A DNA stretch of 64,000 bases from Chrysomallon squamiferum (lineage: Eukaryota; Animalia; Mollusca), in NCBI GenBank assembly GCA_012295275.1, contig CM022679.1, positions 9,548,001 to 9,612,000 on the forward strand. Direction: 5' to 3'. The position numbers and the translations under genes are program-made. This document shows, one piece after another, positions 39,326 through 53,890 of this stretch. A model generated the notes under the pieces. The model was not told where the DNA came from, searched no databases, and worked only from the letters and a program-made list of their open reading frames with translations. Within the stretch, counting starts at the first letter, position 1. Each line of letters starts with the position of its first letter.

Positions 39326-40553
39326 TATGCATATAATAAATGTGTTAAACTTTTCTGTTTTCTTTTTTCCCCTTAACTCTTTGACATAGTGAGAAAATAA
39401 TATTATATTTACTGTTACAACTTTTATTTAGAAGTACAAATGTATATAAAAATTATCAGAATCCGAAAAATATATACTAATTCTTTCAATAAATAAATAA
39501 ATAAATAAAAACAAAATTAAATTGAAGAAAAACTAAATATATGTGTGTGTGCGCGCGCTTGATTATATATATGAAACAACACATAAAGTAAAATCGCAAA
39601 TAAATAATAAAAATAAAAATAATCATAATAATAGTAATAAAGAAAAAAAATAGAAAAAATCTCTTTAAATTACATGATAAATATAAAATATTTATACTTT
39701 TATTTACCGTGCCATTAATAAAAACGAAAATGATATTAAATAATAATAATAAAAAAAAAATCACATAAAATCAAATCACACACACAAAAAAAAAAAAAAA
39801 AAAATAAAAAAAAATAAATATACAAAAAATAATATTAATAAAAAATTTTAAAAATAAAAAAGGAGAAGAAAAAAATAAAAAAATAAAAAAAATAAAAAAA
39901 ATAAAAAAAAAAAAAAAAAAATCTCTTTACATTACATGATAAATATAAAACATTTTTACTTTATTATTCCGGTGCAATTACTGCGGATCGATAAAGCTTT
40001 AATAAAACTAAAACGGTTATCGAAATATTGCTATTATTTATATAATAAAACATTAATGATTTGATATATGTATAATTATATGCACTGTAGGACACTGTGA
40101 ATAATAGCCTAAAGGTAGTTTTATTATTTATTTATAATATTTAATGAAATATTTATTCTACAAGAATTTGATTTCAGTTAATGGAATATTAAATAATAAT
40201 TTTATTATGTACAATTATATATATATATATAAATAATTAAATCATGTAAATAGTTTATACAGTATATATAAGGTAAAAGAAACTATAACGACGGCGTCTT
40301 AATAAGAAATTCAATATTTTTGTCTACCTTATTTTTGGCAAGAAATACTACACTTAGCAATTAAACATTAAATGCTTTTAAGTACACTGTATTCATGGAT
40401 TGATGTAATAAAAAGGTTATAATCTGAAATACGTATTTTGTGACTAGAAATAAAGTTTTGTTTGTTTAACAAAAGTGTTTGACAAACTGTATTATTGTTA
40501 TTATTTATTATTATTAATGTTTATGTTATTATTGTTATTATTATTAATGTTTA

Positions 40554-40587
<34 letters not shown>

Positions 40588-40941
40588 TATGCTCATGTTA
40601 TCTGTTATTATATATATTTGTTTAAATCTTTCTTGCAAAACTGAATGAAACTAACAAAGCTTATTTTTATAGATATTTAATTATTTTATTAAACTGAATT
40701 ACGTATATTATTTAACAAAATTTAGTGAAAGTAACATTTCATTATATATATCTAACACCAGCCTTAACTGTTTATTGTTGATTTGTACAATAATGTATAA
40801 AATTGTTAAAAAGTGGTGTTAAAGAGACAAAATTTGTTGTGAAATATTAGCTTTGTTTAGGGTTATATTTTAACTTTAGTTAAAATAAAAAATAAAAATA
40901 TATATATATATATATATAAACATATAACTAATCAAAACCAA

Positions 40942-40996
<55 letters not shown>

Positions 40997-41459
40997 CATG
41001 ATAATGATGCTAATATTAATAATGACATTAATGATAAAGAAACGTTCTGACAGTTCTGAAGAAAGAAAAAAAGAGCAACAACCCCCCCCCAAAAAAAAAA
41101 AACCCAATAAAAAATGAAAAAAAGGAAACTAATACTGATATTATTATCAGACGATAAAATAAACATGATGCCAATAAAAAGCAATAGACAGGTGATAAAT
41201 GAAGAAGAAAAGAAGAAAAAAAAAAGAATTTTATTTAACAACATATTCGGCCATGTTTGATCCACAGTTACCTGGCTTTGTTATAACCGGTAGTGAAATG
41301 ACCTCATTCAGAATCGGGGCACCTGTCCAATACTGGAATATTTTGGGGGTTTTTGGTGGTGGAAAAAAAAAAAACAGTTGCTGACCAGTAACCTAAACTC
41401 GAAGCGAAAATACTAAGATATTTCACCTACGTATTGATATATTACTGTCGTTGATTTAA

Positions 41460-41725
41460 GGTTAACAGAAGAATTCAGTAGATTAATTTGCAGACAATCA
41501 GTTTGTTCAGTATTAATAAAAGAATTGAGTAAATCTGGGTTTTTTTTAAAATGTTAATAAAAAACTTCAGTATATTAAATTACAGACAATCAGTATGTTA
41601 AATGTTAATAAAAAAAAAAAATTCAGTAGATTATATTGCAGACAATCGGTATGTTAAATGTTAATAAAAAAAATTCTGTAGATTATATTGCAGACAGTTA
41701 ATTTGTTAAATGTTGATAAAAATTA
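41460..41725. repeat. Degenerate ~52-56-bp tandem repeat (aattcagtagattatattgcagacaatcggtatgttaaatgttaataaaa)
   Basis: About 5 copies. Confidence 0.8.
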
Positions 41726-41829
41726 GATTTTTCTTCTTATTGTTATTTACAATAAGATAAAGGCGCTGTTCAGAAGTAACCGAAAATTCCATTCGCGATC
41801 GCAAATTACTGTAATGTGCGTCATAGTAT

Positions 41830-42260
41830 TACGTATTTTCTTAGATATTTCTGTTACTATTTTCTGAGATATTTTTGCACGTATTATCTCACAAATATCT
41901 GTGCCAATTATCAGATATTTTCTTTTTATTAAGAGTTCATTTTTTTTTATGATTATCCTGAGATATTTGGTGCGTATTATTTAAGATATTTTATACGTAT
42001 TATCTAAGATATTTTTCTACGTATTATCAGATATTTTTGTATTATTATTGTTATTTTTTATGTATTATACGATATTTTTGTATTATTGTTGTTATTTTTA
42101 TACATATTATCTAAGATATTTTTTAATTATCTGTGATATTTTTGGACATACTATCTGAAATATTTGGTCCGTTTTATCCGACTTATTTTGTATTATCTGA
42201 TATATATTTTTTTTAATACGTATTTTCTGAGATTTTTTTTAGTACGCATTCTCAGATTAC
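41830..42260. repeat. Degenerate ~24-bp minisatellite (gtattatctgagatatttt...)
   Basis: Repeated tattatct/agatattt cores. Confidence 0.75.
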
Positions 42261-42941
42261 AAAGTATACATGTCACTCTGCAAAAGCAATAATAAAGACT
42301 TAAAATATCAAAAATATTTTATTTTCTTTACACCGGAGCTCTCTGATCGATGGTGGAAAAAAAAAAAATAAAAAGAAGAAATAGCTGTGTTTCTTCAATA
42401 CACAAGGCACCATGAAACACAAAGGGAAACTATCTTGTTTAGTAATTAATTCATGAAACCAGAACCATGGAAGATAATAAAATAACCCATACACGCTTGA
42501 CATCTTATTAATACTAATAGCTTCATTAGCGAATTTCAAAGACGTGTTTTGGTTTTAAATTACCAGCTCAAAGTGCACAATAACCCGTGCAAGTTGTGTT
42601 GTTGATGTTTGTGTGTATTTATTTACTTTTTTAGATTTTTGTTTTTAATTTTTTGTTTTTTGTTTTTAAATAAAAAAAATTATTTCATATTTCTATTAGT
42701 AAAAGGAAATAAATAACAAAAAATAATAAATAAACATACAAAAAAAAAAAAAAAAAAAAAAAAAACAACAAAAAAGACTAATATCTGATTTTGTAAAAAA
42801 AAATGTTTTAATAGAAAATGCATATGTGATATTTTTAATTTTATAAATATATGGTATTCAGCTACATATAAATCATATTTTGTATGTTTGTGTATGTTGT
42901 ATTCTTCTTTAAAATATATTTCTTCACACATCAGTCAGTAT

Positions 42942-42972
<31 letters not shown>

Positions 42973-43611
42973 TTTTCATTCATTTTTATATTTTTGATAA
43001 GCCTTTGTTATCACGTCCCCCCCCCACACATTCTGTATCAGCTGTTATGATACGAAGTAATAAAAATATAAAAATATATTATGTATGTTAATAAAAAATT
43101 CAGTATGGGACTATGTTTATTGACAAATTTCTTATCAGGTTTTTGTTTTTTGTTTTTTTTACCCAGTCTCTGGATTTGAATTACGCTAAATATACGATAA
43201 CGGGTGTTTTTTCGTAAAATACTTCACGGCCTAGGAATATTTCAGATCATGAATTTTTCTGTTGCTTGGTACTGTAATCCTTACTGAGATTTCAGAACGG
43301 TGATTCCACCATTTTCCTAATGTTAATATTCTGTATGAACTTTTTTGTCCTTGTTTTTTTTTTATGTAATTAATTTCAGTTTATGTCGGTAACTATTTTA
43401 ATTAAAATACATTAACAAATAAATGGTTAATCAGTGTGATATTAATAAATGTAATAATGATTAAGGAAGTAGTGTTTAATTAAATTCTATGTAATTGCTT
43501 TTAATTATTCGAAAAGTTGTGAAAACCAGTTCAAACAAGTATTAAGATCATTTACAATATTTCTGCAATAGATATTTTGTAATGTTGAAAAAATATTAAC
43601 AATAATATCTT

Positions 43612-43667
<56 letters not shown>

Positions 43668-43993
43668 TAATAAAAAATAAAATAATAAAGTAAAATAATA
43701 AAGAAATAATAATAATTTTAAAAATAATAATAAGATATGATTTCTTTGTAATTTAAGACGATCAAAAATTTGGTATGATGTTTGAAGTCGACTCTATCTT
43801 TTCAGTAAAGAAATAAAATTATAATGCCAACATATAAAATAAATAAAATAAATAAACTTCTGGGATGTTTTTCTGAGTGCACCATTAGTTACATACTGAA
43901 ATTCAAAATAAAAATAATGCAAATTTAAATATAAATAAAAATAAAAATACAAATACAAATACAAATACAAATACAAATACAAATACAAATACA

Positions 43994-44041
<48 letters not shown>

Positions 44042-44231
44042 TGTAGCTGATGTTATTATATTAATATTATTATAATCACATAAATAAATAAATAATAAAT
44101 AATGATTTAAGTTACAAGAAGACAGTTTATTTAAAATAATAAATGCTAAAAATAATAATAATAATAATGATAATAATAATAATAATAATATTATAAATAA
44201 TTATATATATATATGTATGTAAGTATGTATG

Positions 44232-44330
<99 letters not shown>

Positions 44331-45826
44331 CTTACTGCGTTTTATATAAAAAATAAGGTTTTAAAACAGACTGATTAGATGATCGTTCTGATATTAAAAT
44401 GACTCGGCTACATCCGTGACTCGACAAATTTCGCATAATAGAAATTCGAGCCGCACCTGTGATAAGGGCCGGAATTACAGCTGTGTTAGAGGAAACCCGA
44501 AACACCATGCCACCCAGCTATTGAGTCACACCGTGTGAACTTCGCAAAGATCACTGATGACCATAAACGACAGCAAATAACCAGCGTAATTAATTATTTT
44601 AAATTTGTGTTTCCTGCTGTTCGAAACTGGTTAAAAGTGATTTGACCACATTCAGTGAAGAGGCTGAAGATAGTTTTTTTTTTAATTTTTTAAATAGAAT
44701 ATATTCGGGCGATTATTTATTTATTTATTTATTTATTATTTTGTTATTTCTTTTATTTTATTTAACGTCATGATTAAACTATTATTTTTATTACATTTGT
44801 TGTTGTTGTTGTTGTTGTTGTTATTATTACTTTTCTTATATATATATATTAACTTAAATAATTATTTTGACTCAAATGTCGAAAAATACATGAAGATTAA
44901 AATAAAAAGATATGCTAATTTTAAATCACCGTTAGATAAAACAGCACTTTTTTCTTTCTTACACACACACACATACACACACGCACACACGCACACACAC
45001 ACATATCTTTGTTCAAATACAATACCATTTAGAATTATAAACAAACAGACTGATAAAAAAACGCTCGAACTCACAAACACACAACACAGGACCAGAATCG
45101 CCGAGTTATCTTGGATCTATCACCGTTCGTTCATCTTAACTCATATTATTATTATTATTATTATTATTTTTTTTTTTTTTTTAAAGGAGGATGCAGTTTT
45201 TCAACACGGCATCTATTTCCACTGTGTCAGACAGCTAAGCCCAAGGTCGTGACCCCGCTGACACGGCGGCCATTGTCTGAACTCGACTGGGATCAGCGTA
45301 ACAAGACAGGGTTAACTGTCTATTGTTCACGTCACCTTTCTTTATGTTACAGTTCGCGGATCCTGCAAAGCATGGCTGTTTGCTTTAAGAAACAATATAC
45401 TGAAGAAGAAAAATATTATTCTGAAGAAAAAAAAAAACCTTTTCAAGATATTTTTTTTATTATTTTCTTTTTTTTTTTTTTTTTTTTTTTAGCAGCGATA
45501 AAAATTATTAAAGTCACTGCTGCTATAAATTGGTGTGGGTTTAGAAAAAGGAGGAAATTAAAAATAATATATAAATAAATTTTTTTTATTACTGAATGTC
45601 GTTTTATTCGTAATGCTGTTTTTAACTGCAGTGTTAATACTGTTGTGTATATGACAATAATAAATTATTTAACTAAACATCTGTTGTTGTTGTTGTTGTT
45701 GTGTTTGTTTAGCTTTTTTTTTTTTTTTTTTTTAATTTGTTTTGTTGAGTATAATGTTCTAACAAAAGAAAGCCAATACATCAATATAAGTACATGAATA
45801 GAAATTCAGGTATTTCTTTTCACGCG

Positions 45827-45864
<38 letters not shown>

Positions 45865-46200
45865 AAGAAAAAAAAAAAAAAAAGAAAAAAATACAGCTTA
45901 TTAATTATATTTAATTATCAGAGTGATTGTCTTGCAAACACACACACACACGGAATAATACGGAACAAAATAAAAAGAAATAAACAAAACATAAATAAAC
46001 AAACAAACAACCCATGCAGGCAGTTCAACTCTACCAGTGTTAAAATAGCTAAAGAGTTATCTTAGCAATTTACCCCTGAAGATTTTATCAGTTCTTTCGA
46101 TGCAGCGGCTGAACTTATACAGAAACATTAACACATTTTCTACATGGCATTTTCTTGCATAACGTTCACACTCACTGTCTCTTGCATGATCACAAAATGA

Positions 46201-46234
<34 letters not shown>

Positions 46235-46275
46235 TCTGTATCTTTTTCTCAATGTCACATACTTAAACTCGCGGG

Positions 46276-46308
<33 letters not shown>

Positions 46309-46773
46309 AAGTTCAGAAAGTGGAAAAATTGTCAGTAACAGTATAGCTTGTACTCGTCTTTCAGCGAAATTCCTTTGCTGGCGAAAGGTTTAAGTTTGGC
46401 GCTTAATGTTTATGCCACTACAACAGCTTAAAGTATGTCGACATATTCCAGATGTCAGTTTAGTACTTTCGTATTAACCTCTCGGTCTGTGATCTGTTTT
46501 TCAGCTCGTGATATTACTGGGGTGTGTTCGCGAAATTCTATCTAGATTAAGTAACAGAGAACAAAAACATGTAGGATAATTTTATTATTTAATTCCTTGT
46601 CATACCGATGAAAGTTAATATGATAATTATATAAATAATGTATGTAAATATGTATTTGTGTGTGTTTGGTAAGTAGATACGTAGGTATGTGTATACGTAT
46701 GTACGTACGTATATACACATACGTGCGTATGTATTTTTATATGTGTATGTATGTATGGACGTATGTACGTATG

Positions 46774-46810
<37 letters not shown>

Positions 46811-47541
46811 GTACTTATTTAAGTATGTGTATGTAGGTGCACATATATATATGTATGTGTATCTATGTATGTATGTATATATATATATGTATGTATGTAT
46901 ATATGTATGTATGTATGTATGTGTATATATGTATGTATGTATGTATATATATATATGTATGAATGTATGTCTGTCTGAATGTATGTATGTATGTATGTAT
47001 TAGTTACGACAAAAGCGCTCGTTTCTTCACTGTCCCACTAGGTTTTCATGTTTGTCTTTGTATAAACACACAAGCTGACAGTGTGTTAGCTAATACACTT
47101 TAATATGCTACAAATGGGATTTGTAGTAAATTGGGAGTCTTCTTATTAACGTTAGATTTGATGGTTAAGGAAATTACATTAGACGAAAATTGAATACCTT
47201 TCAAAACAGCTGAAACTGCAATGTTGTGGTAACGTAATGTCTTCACTCGTCGAAATTAATGTGAAAAATAAATACGTCTGGTTCAACAGAAACGTAATGA
47301 ATTATTCTAAACAGTCTGTCTGTCTTTTTGTCTGACTGTCTGTCTGTCTGTTTGTTTGTCTATCTATATACCTATATGTCGTTTTTTTTTTTTTTTGTCT
47401 ATCTGACCATACATCCATTCATTCATTCATTCATTCATTCATTCTTGCATCGATCATTCATTAGTCCCTGCAACCATCTCCATATCTCTCTGTCGTCTAT
47501 CTATTTGTCTGTCAGTATGTCGTCTTTATATGTATATGTCC

Positions 47542-47624
<83 letters not shown>

Positions 47625-48550
47625 CTCCGTCCGTCAGTCATTTCGTTCATTCATCCATCTCAATCGTCTGTCCGTTTTGAGTTTCTCTCTTTCTGCTCGT
47701 CGACACCTACCTTTTTTATCAAGGCAAAATTACCTTTAATATTTCTTTATATGTATCGACAGAGAGTTGAGAGAGCGAACACTGTGTACTATTAGAAAAC
47801 TCATCAGACATTGCTTCCGTGATCAGTTTTTCTGACTGCCTTGAAGTCAAGTACAGCAAACACCATTACAGATCGGTAAAACCGTCCTTCAGGTCGGAGT
47901 AACACATAGTCGGAGGTCACTGTAACATGGTTTAATGCAAAGGTTGTTGTGATTTCAGGTCAAAATGACGTAATTTCAGTGTCAGGGTAACATACGAATG
48001 TAGATAGATAATAGTCGAGAATTTCCCTGTGTTGTGATTGGAGGAAATGTGTGTTAGTTTACTATTATCTGCTATCATATTTTTTTCTGTTGATACGAAT
48101 TCATTTGTTTATTGTGAATTCTTAGCTGACACTGTGAAGAAATCATTGCATGCATGAGGCTTATGTCTGATCAGTCTGCAACAGGTTTTTTTTTTTTTTT
48201 TTTTTCAGCAAGAAGAGTAGGCCTACTTGTTGAATGCAGAATGTTTCACAAAACACGATAATGTGCATGTTCAAAAGAGATGTAAATAGATGAAATTTAC
48301 TTTACAAATGAACAAAATGTTTAATGTAGAGCAATTCATAACAGTGGTTATGACGATGGCGAAAATGTAAGTTCAGCTAGTCAGAGCAAAACCTGTGAAA
48401 TGTAATAAACGTGCGTTAAAAACCATAGACCATGTTTCACAAGAGCTAAGATAAACATGAAAAATCACCGCAAATTTTCTTAACTCTTAAAGGTAGTTTA
48501 GAATAGCGTAGAATATCGTTCTAATGTTCTTGTATTATTATTATTATTAC

Positions 48551-48631
<81 letters not shown>

Positions 48632-49849
48632 TATTGTTATTATTATTAATGTCGACATTACCATTACTGTTTGTTTCAACATTTCGAAATACCTTTTTGC
48701 AGAAACTGAAGAAAATTTTGTACGGATACATTATTTAATAGAAGATTGGTTTAGGCATTCATTGCTTTGTTGCTCTGTGACAATAACGATGTTAATTACT
48801 GCGGATATGGCCAGGCAGTCCCCTGCACAGTTTCAAAACCGTTAATCCCAGCCGCAAGTTGAAAATTATTGATTCCAGGACCTCGACAGTAAACAGAGAA
48901 CGGCCTTTGTTTAGTAATGTACAATTAGTGGGCATTGTTAAGAATATGATAACAAAAGGTTTTAAAGGAATACAGTGGTTTTCTGTGTGAGTTTTTGTCT
49001 CAGTACAGTTAGAGTCACGGCTCGTTGAAGTGAATGTTAAAAATTGTAAAAAAAGCTTTTTTTTTTTTTTTTTTTTTTTTTTTCTTAAATTTATTATTAT
49101 TGTTATTATTGTTATTTTTGTTGCTATTGTTATTATTATTATTATTATATTTATAAACCCAAATAAAATCAAAATTAAATAAATAATTAAATTTAAAAAA
49201 AAAATGTAGAGACAGAGAGATATTCAGAAAACACAATAAAAGGGGAAAATAATAAAAAAATAAAATAAAATAGACAGATAGATATTAATAATAATAACAA
49301 CAACACCACTAACGACAACGATGATGACGACATTAATGTTCATCATCACAAATAAACATCATCATAAATAAACAAATAAAAAAGAACAACAAAGTCAGGT
49401 TGTTATCAACATGTCAGTGAAAATATATTTGATGAGACAATTGCATAACAAAGTTTGATAAAAAGTAAAAGTTTTCAAGCTTAAACGAACAGTCAAGTAG
49501 GTCACAAAAATACGTCACAATCATATTATGTACATAAATCATATTATGTGTATCTAAACATAGTGGTTATGACGTAACCTCTCTTTCACGTGTATTTATA
49601 TATAATTATACATATATATTTTATGTACAATAGTTATTTAAAACATACGATAGCTTAAATACGTGTGGTATTAATTCAGAAGCGGAGATCAGTTAGTTGA
49701 AAGGTCAGGTATATTAGATACAATCAAAAAAATGTTCTTTGTATTATATTTTAAAGAAAATGAACACTTTTTTTTTTTTTAATAATTTTAAGTATATATT
49801 TTAAAAACTATAAAAGAAAATTTATTGTATCTAAGCAAGATATTGTTAA

Positions 49850-50259
49850 AGGAATACTCAGACCAAACTGTTAAGATCTGAAAGAGTAAAAAAAATTTAA
49901 ACAAATTAATATTCGTTGACTCTAAGCAGCTTTACTGTGTTTCGAGCCCAGTTCTTTCTGCTGTGTTATTTTCAAGAAGTTACACAACTGAAGGAAACGA
50001 TCTAACTGTGCCAGTGTTTGAAGAAGGCAGTAAACTCAGGTGTATTCTGATTATGCTCTGAATGTTTGAGTTAGTTTGCAGCTGTTCATATAAAAATGTT
50101 TATGAATCACTGCAAGATGGTGGAAAAAGCCGAGAAGAAACAAGAAAATAACCAAAGTTCGAAAGAGGCTGGTGGTACACTGATACAATGTGTCAATAAT
50201 ATTCATTAACAAAATTACACAAATCATATTAAAATTAAAAACAATAAAAAATAAAATAA

Positions 50260-50294
<35 letters not shown>

Positions 50295-50568
50295 AAGAAC
50301 AATTAAAAAATAAAAAAAATAAAAATAAAAGAAGCAAAAAATCTCCAAGCTATTGGAAGAAAATATTTGTGTACATTTTTACAGTTGACTAATTTAAAAT
50401 ATTGTACAATTTTTTTCAGAGTAAATACGTCTTTTTAATCACACATTTACAACAAAGAAGAGTTTTAAAAACCTATTATATTAAGTTTATACTGTCTATA
50501 ATACTCATATTAAACATTAATACAGATCAAACTTTGTTGAATATCCACATTTTGGTCTGAGCATTCCT
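49850..50568. mobile_element. Non-autonomous Kolobok-like DNA transposon (719 bp)
   Basis: TTAA|AGGAATACTCAGACCAAA ... TTTGGTCTGAGCATTCCT|TTAA: 18-bp TIR with one mismatch, TTAA target duplication and RR...YY termini (piggyBac would usually start CC). Confidence 0.8.
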
Positions 50569-50637
50569 TTAAACAATGACATACACTAGACAAAACATTC
50601 TGTGGCTATCATGTATTCAACACTCATTCGTTTTTTC

Positions 50638-50683
<46 letters not shown>

Positions 50684-51309
50684 TAAAACTTAATTGTGCG
50701 CATTTGTCATAGAATAATGCATTTATTTAATATTTAAAAATTCTGATTTACATAATCTAGCTGGCCCGTAACCAAAAAAAAGAGCATGCGCTGGAAAGAT
50801 GGATGATCGAAGGATCTAGATAAGTGGAAAAAAAAGAAAAGAAAAACAACTGAAGTGTTCCTTTGAAGTGTTCCTTCGAAGTGTACCTTTGGTGAAAAAA
50901 AAAAAAAAAAAAAAAATTAAATATATTCTGCATACTTCCACTTATATTCTATTATTTATTTATTTATTTATTCATTTATCCTTTTTATTTTTATTTGCCA
51001 TCAAATATTAATTAATAACGAAGAATAAGAAACAAAAGAATTCAGCCTTAAATTTTCTGGGCGACGCCATTTTTCTTTGATCGTGACGTCATTGAATATA
51101 TATTATTGACAGAAGGGAACACTTCAATAATTAACCCAGTCAACACTTCATAACGTACTTGAACGAATTGTCTTTTACAAGCAAAACAAAAAAATCCTGT
51201 ATTTTGTACTCGAGGAAAAACAGCTCTACTGCTTGTTTCTGTGATGAACTGGGATACAAACCAAAACCTACCAAGTGTTCGTTAAAGTCAAAGTTACTAA
51301 CAGCTGTGA

Positions 51310-51690
51310 AAGAGAGGTGACACTAATGTTGCTACGTGGTTACTGGCGTGGTTTAAGCCGCAGGATCAATCCTCTCTAGTGCGCCAATTAGGTTAATCCC
51401 CGTTCCAGCCATTTTCCACACTAATGATTTAGTAAAAAGTACTGATATGTGTTTTTCTGTCTGTGGTAAGGTGTAAATAAAAGATTGCTTGCCGCTAAAT
51501 GAAAAACTGGCGTTGACACTGCATAATTTAAAATGAAAAATGTGATGAAAAAGGCATTCAGTAAAATATTTCTTTCTAATAAATCATAAAAAGTATCATA
51601 CTATAGCAATAATATTTGTTAGTTTTTCACCCTCCATCTAACAGTATAAAGAAAATGTGTTAGCTGTTATTTAAGTCAGATACTTTTATT
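51310..51690 (+). mobile_element. Decayed tRNA-derived SINE of the mollusc Meta-SINE type (boundaries approximate)
   Basis: ggatcaatcc...cgttccagcc...tatgtgtttttctgtctgtggtaaggtgtaaataaaagattgcttgccgctaa resembles the recalled central domain gtatgtgctatcctgtctgtgggatggtgcatataaaagatcccttgctgctaa; from memory, not searched. Confidence 0.5.
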
Positions 51691-51826
51691 ACAGGACTAC
51701 ATACTGCGTTGGTTACGGGCCTGTCTGGTATGTTTGAAAGGTACAGTAACTTAATTTAGTTTTAAAATTAAGTACATTTTATTGTTTTAAAAATAATTTG
51801 AAATGATAAGTATTTGACTGTTCTTC

Positions 51827-51865
<39 letters not shown>

Positions 51866-51904
51866 AAAAATAGTAATAATAAATAAAATAAAAGATAATA
51901 ATAT

Positions 51905-51938
<34 letters not shown>

Positions 51939-52547
51939 AATAAATAAAGTAAAAGATAATAATAATAATAATAAATTTAAATAACAAAATAAATAAATAT
52001 TTAAAAAAAAAATGTGTGTATATAAACATATAATAATAAAAATAATAATAATAATAACAAATTATCATAACCATTTTGGTAAATGACACCAAGCTAATGG
52101 AAGAAGGTGACAGACTGTTGAAGAAAAACTGATAAAATGAATGATTACTGTTGTGAAAATAACCAAGTTTGGACAATAGGAAAAACAAAGTACTTAGGCC
52201 TAATGTATTAATGACACGAATTCTGTGGGTTTTCTTTTTTGTTTTTTTTTTTTCACATTTTTTTTTTTTTCAGTTTTAGAAATATATTTACGTTTATTCC
52301 AACCGTAAATAACATTAAATAAAACACAATAATATTTTAATGTTTAACTTCGCATTCTGTTTTTAAGATATTTTGTTAATTTATTTTAGATAAAATGGAT
52401 TTACATATTTTTTTTTAGTCAATATGACATATGTAAAATGTAATCTAAAATTGTACAGGTCTTCTGTAACAGAATATTAAAAAAAAAAAAAAAAAAGAAA
52501 AAAAACAAATTATAAAACAAAGATGAACACAGTACAATACAAATGCA

Positions 52548-52578
<31 letters not shown>

Positions 52579-53076
52579 CTGTGTGTGTGTGCATATACAT
52601 ATATATATATATTTATAACGCTTTACATGGCTATGGTGTGTTCAGTATGTACGTCACATCTCATAAAAGTGCTCTTGACAATATCACAACCCTCAGAGTA
52701 AACCATGCTTCGAGTTTAAGAACAGTTCACACTTTACAATATCCAGAAACGATTCGTTTGGTCAGTACATTTTTACCAACCAAACGTATGCTTTCTGGGC
52801 AAATTGTTTAACGATTCTTTGATACTACCGAACGAAGCAATTTGATCTACTCTGACAGCCAGATATAATTTAAATGTCTGCACTTGTGTTGCTGAAGTTG
52901 CTTTGTGTGAACGCAGCTATAGCACATGTTTAAACATCGCATTTTTTTTTCTTTGGGTCTGACGAATCAATATTAAATCTGAATGTGAAGCTGTACAATA
53001 TAATGAATATATTATGTTTTAAATTGGTCACATGACCTGTTGCACCATCAAATAAACATCATATACATTTTGTTCA

Positions 53077-53115
<39 letters not shown>

Positions 53116-53295
53116 CTTAGTTTAATTACAGATTAAGCTATATCACATTAATAGTTATATTTCATTAATTTGTGAATATGTATTATAATAATATTAATAA
53201 TAATAAATGTAAAATTTCCTAAACAGATAGATAGATAGATATATAGCACTTATTTTAAAGATAAAGCATTTCTGATATATAAATGTTTTGATAAA

Positions 53296-53326
<31 letters not shown>

Positions 53327-53744
53327 AAAAAATTGATCTCTAGAAGCATATCTGCAATAATTATAATATGTGTTAATATATTATAAATTTAAAATGGACA
53401 CAGTGATGGAATCGTGGTAAATGTGGATTTTTGCAAGTAGAATAATAATAATCTGCTGGATTTTTACGTATTTCACCGGGTTAGTATGGCACGAGTCTGT
53501 TACACGTGTATTGAGTTTCTGCACGAACACGGACAGTCAGAATTAAAAAAAAAAAAAGAAAAAAAAGGCAGGAGATAGAAACGATTATGAAAAGGAACAC
53601 AAGACAACACACCACTATGTATGGCGAGTAAACACCATAATCACAGAATAACGTCTTTCATAAAGCACTGTCTTGAATTTTTTTTTTTTTTTTTTTTTTT
53701 TTTAAACCACAGTTTATACAACAAGTCTTGTATATACTATCAAT

Positions 53745-53890
53745 GTGAAACACGTTGAAATCCATAAAAATTACACGTTGAAATCCATAAAAATTACATC
53801 TCTGTTATGTGAAAACACGCTGAAATCCTTAAAAATTACATCTCTGTTATGTGAAAACACGCTGAAATCCTTAAAAATTACATCTCTGGT
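53745..53890. repeat. 42-bp tandem repeat (about 3 copies) in the probable 3'UTR of the BAH-domain gene
   Basis: gtgaaaacacgctgaaatccttaaaaattacatctctgttat repeated. Confidence 0.9.

Noticed and set aside
39655-40030. Local ~80-bp direct duplication (aaatctcttta.attacatgataaatataaaa); similar short duplicates at about 23845 and 24490
   Set aside because: Ordinary diverged slippage or duplication in AT-rich DNA with no associated feature.
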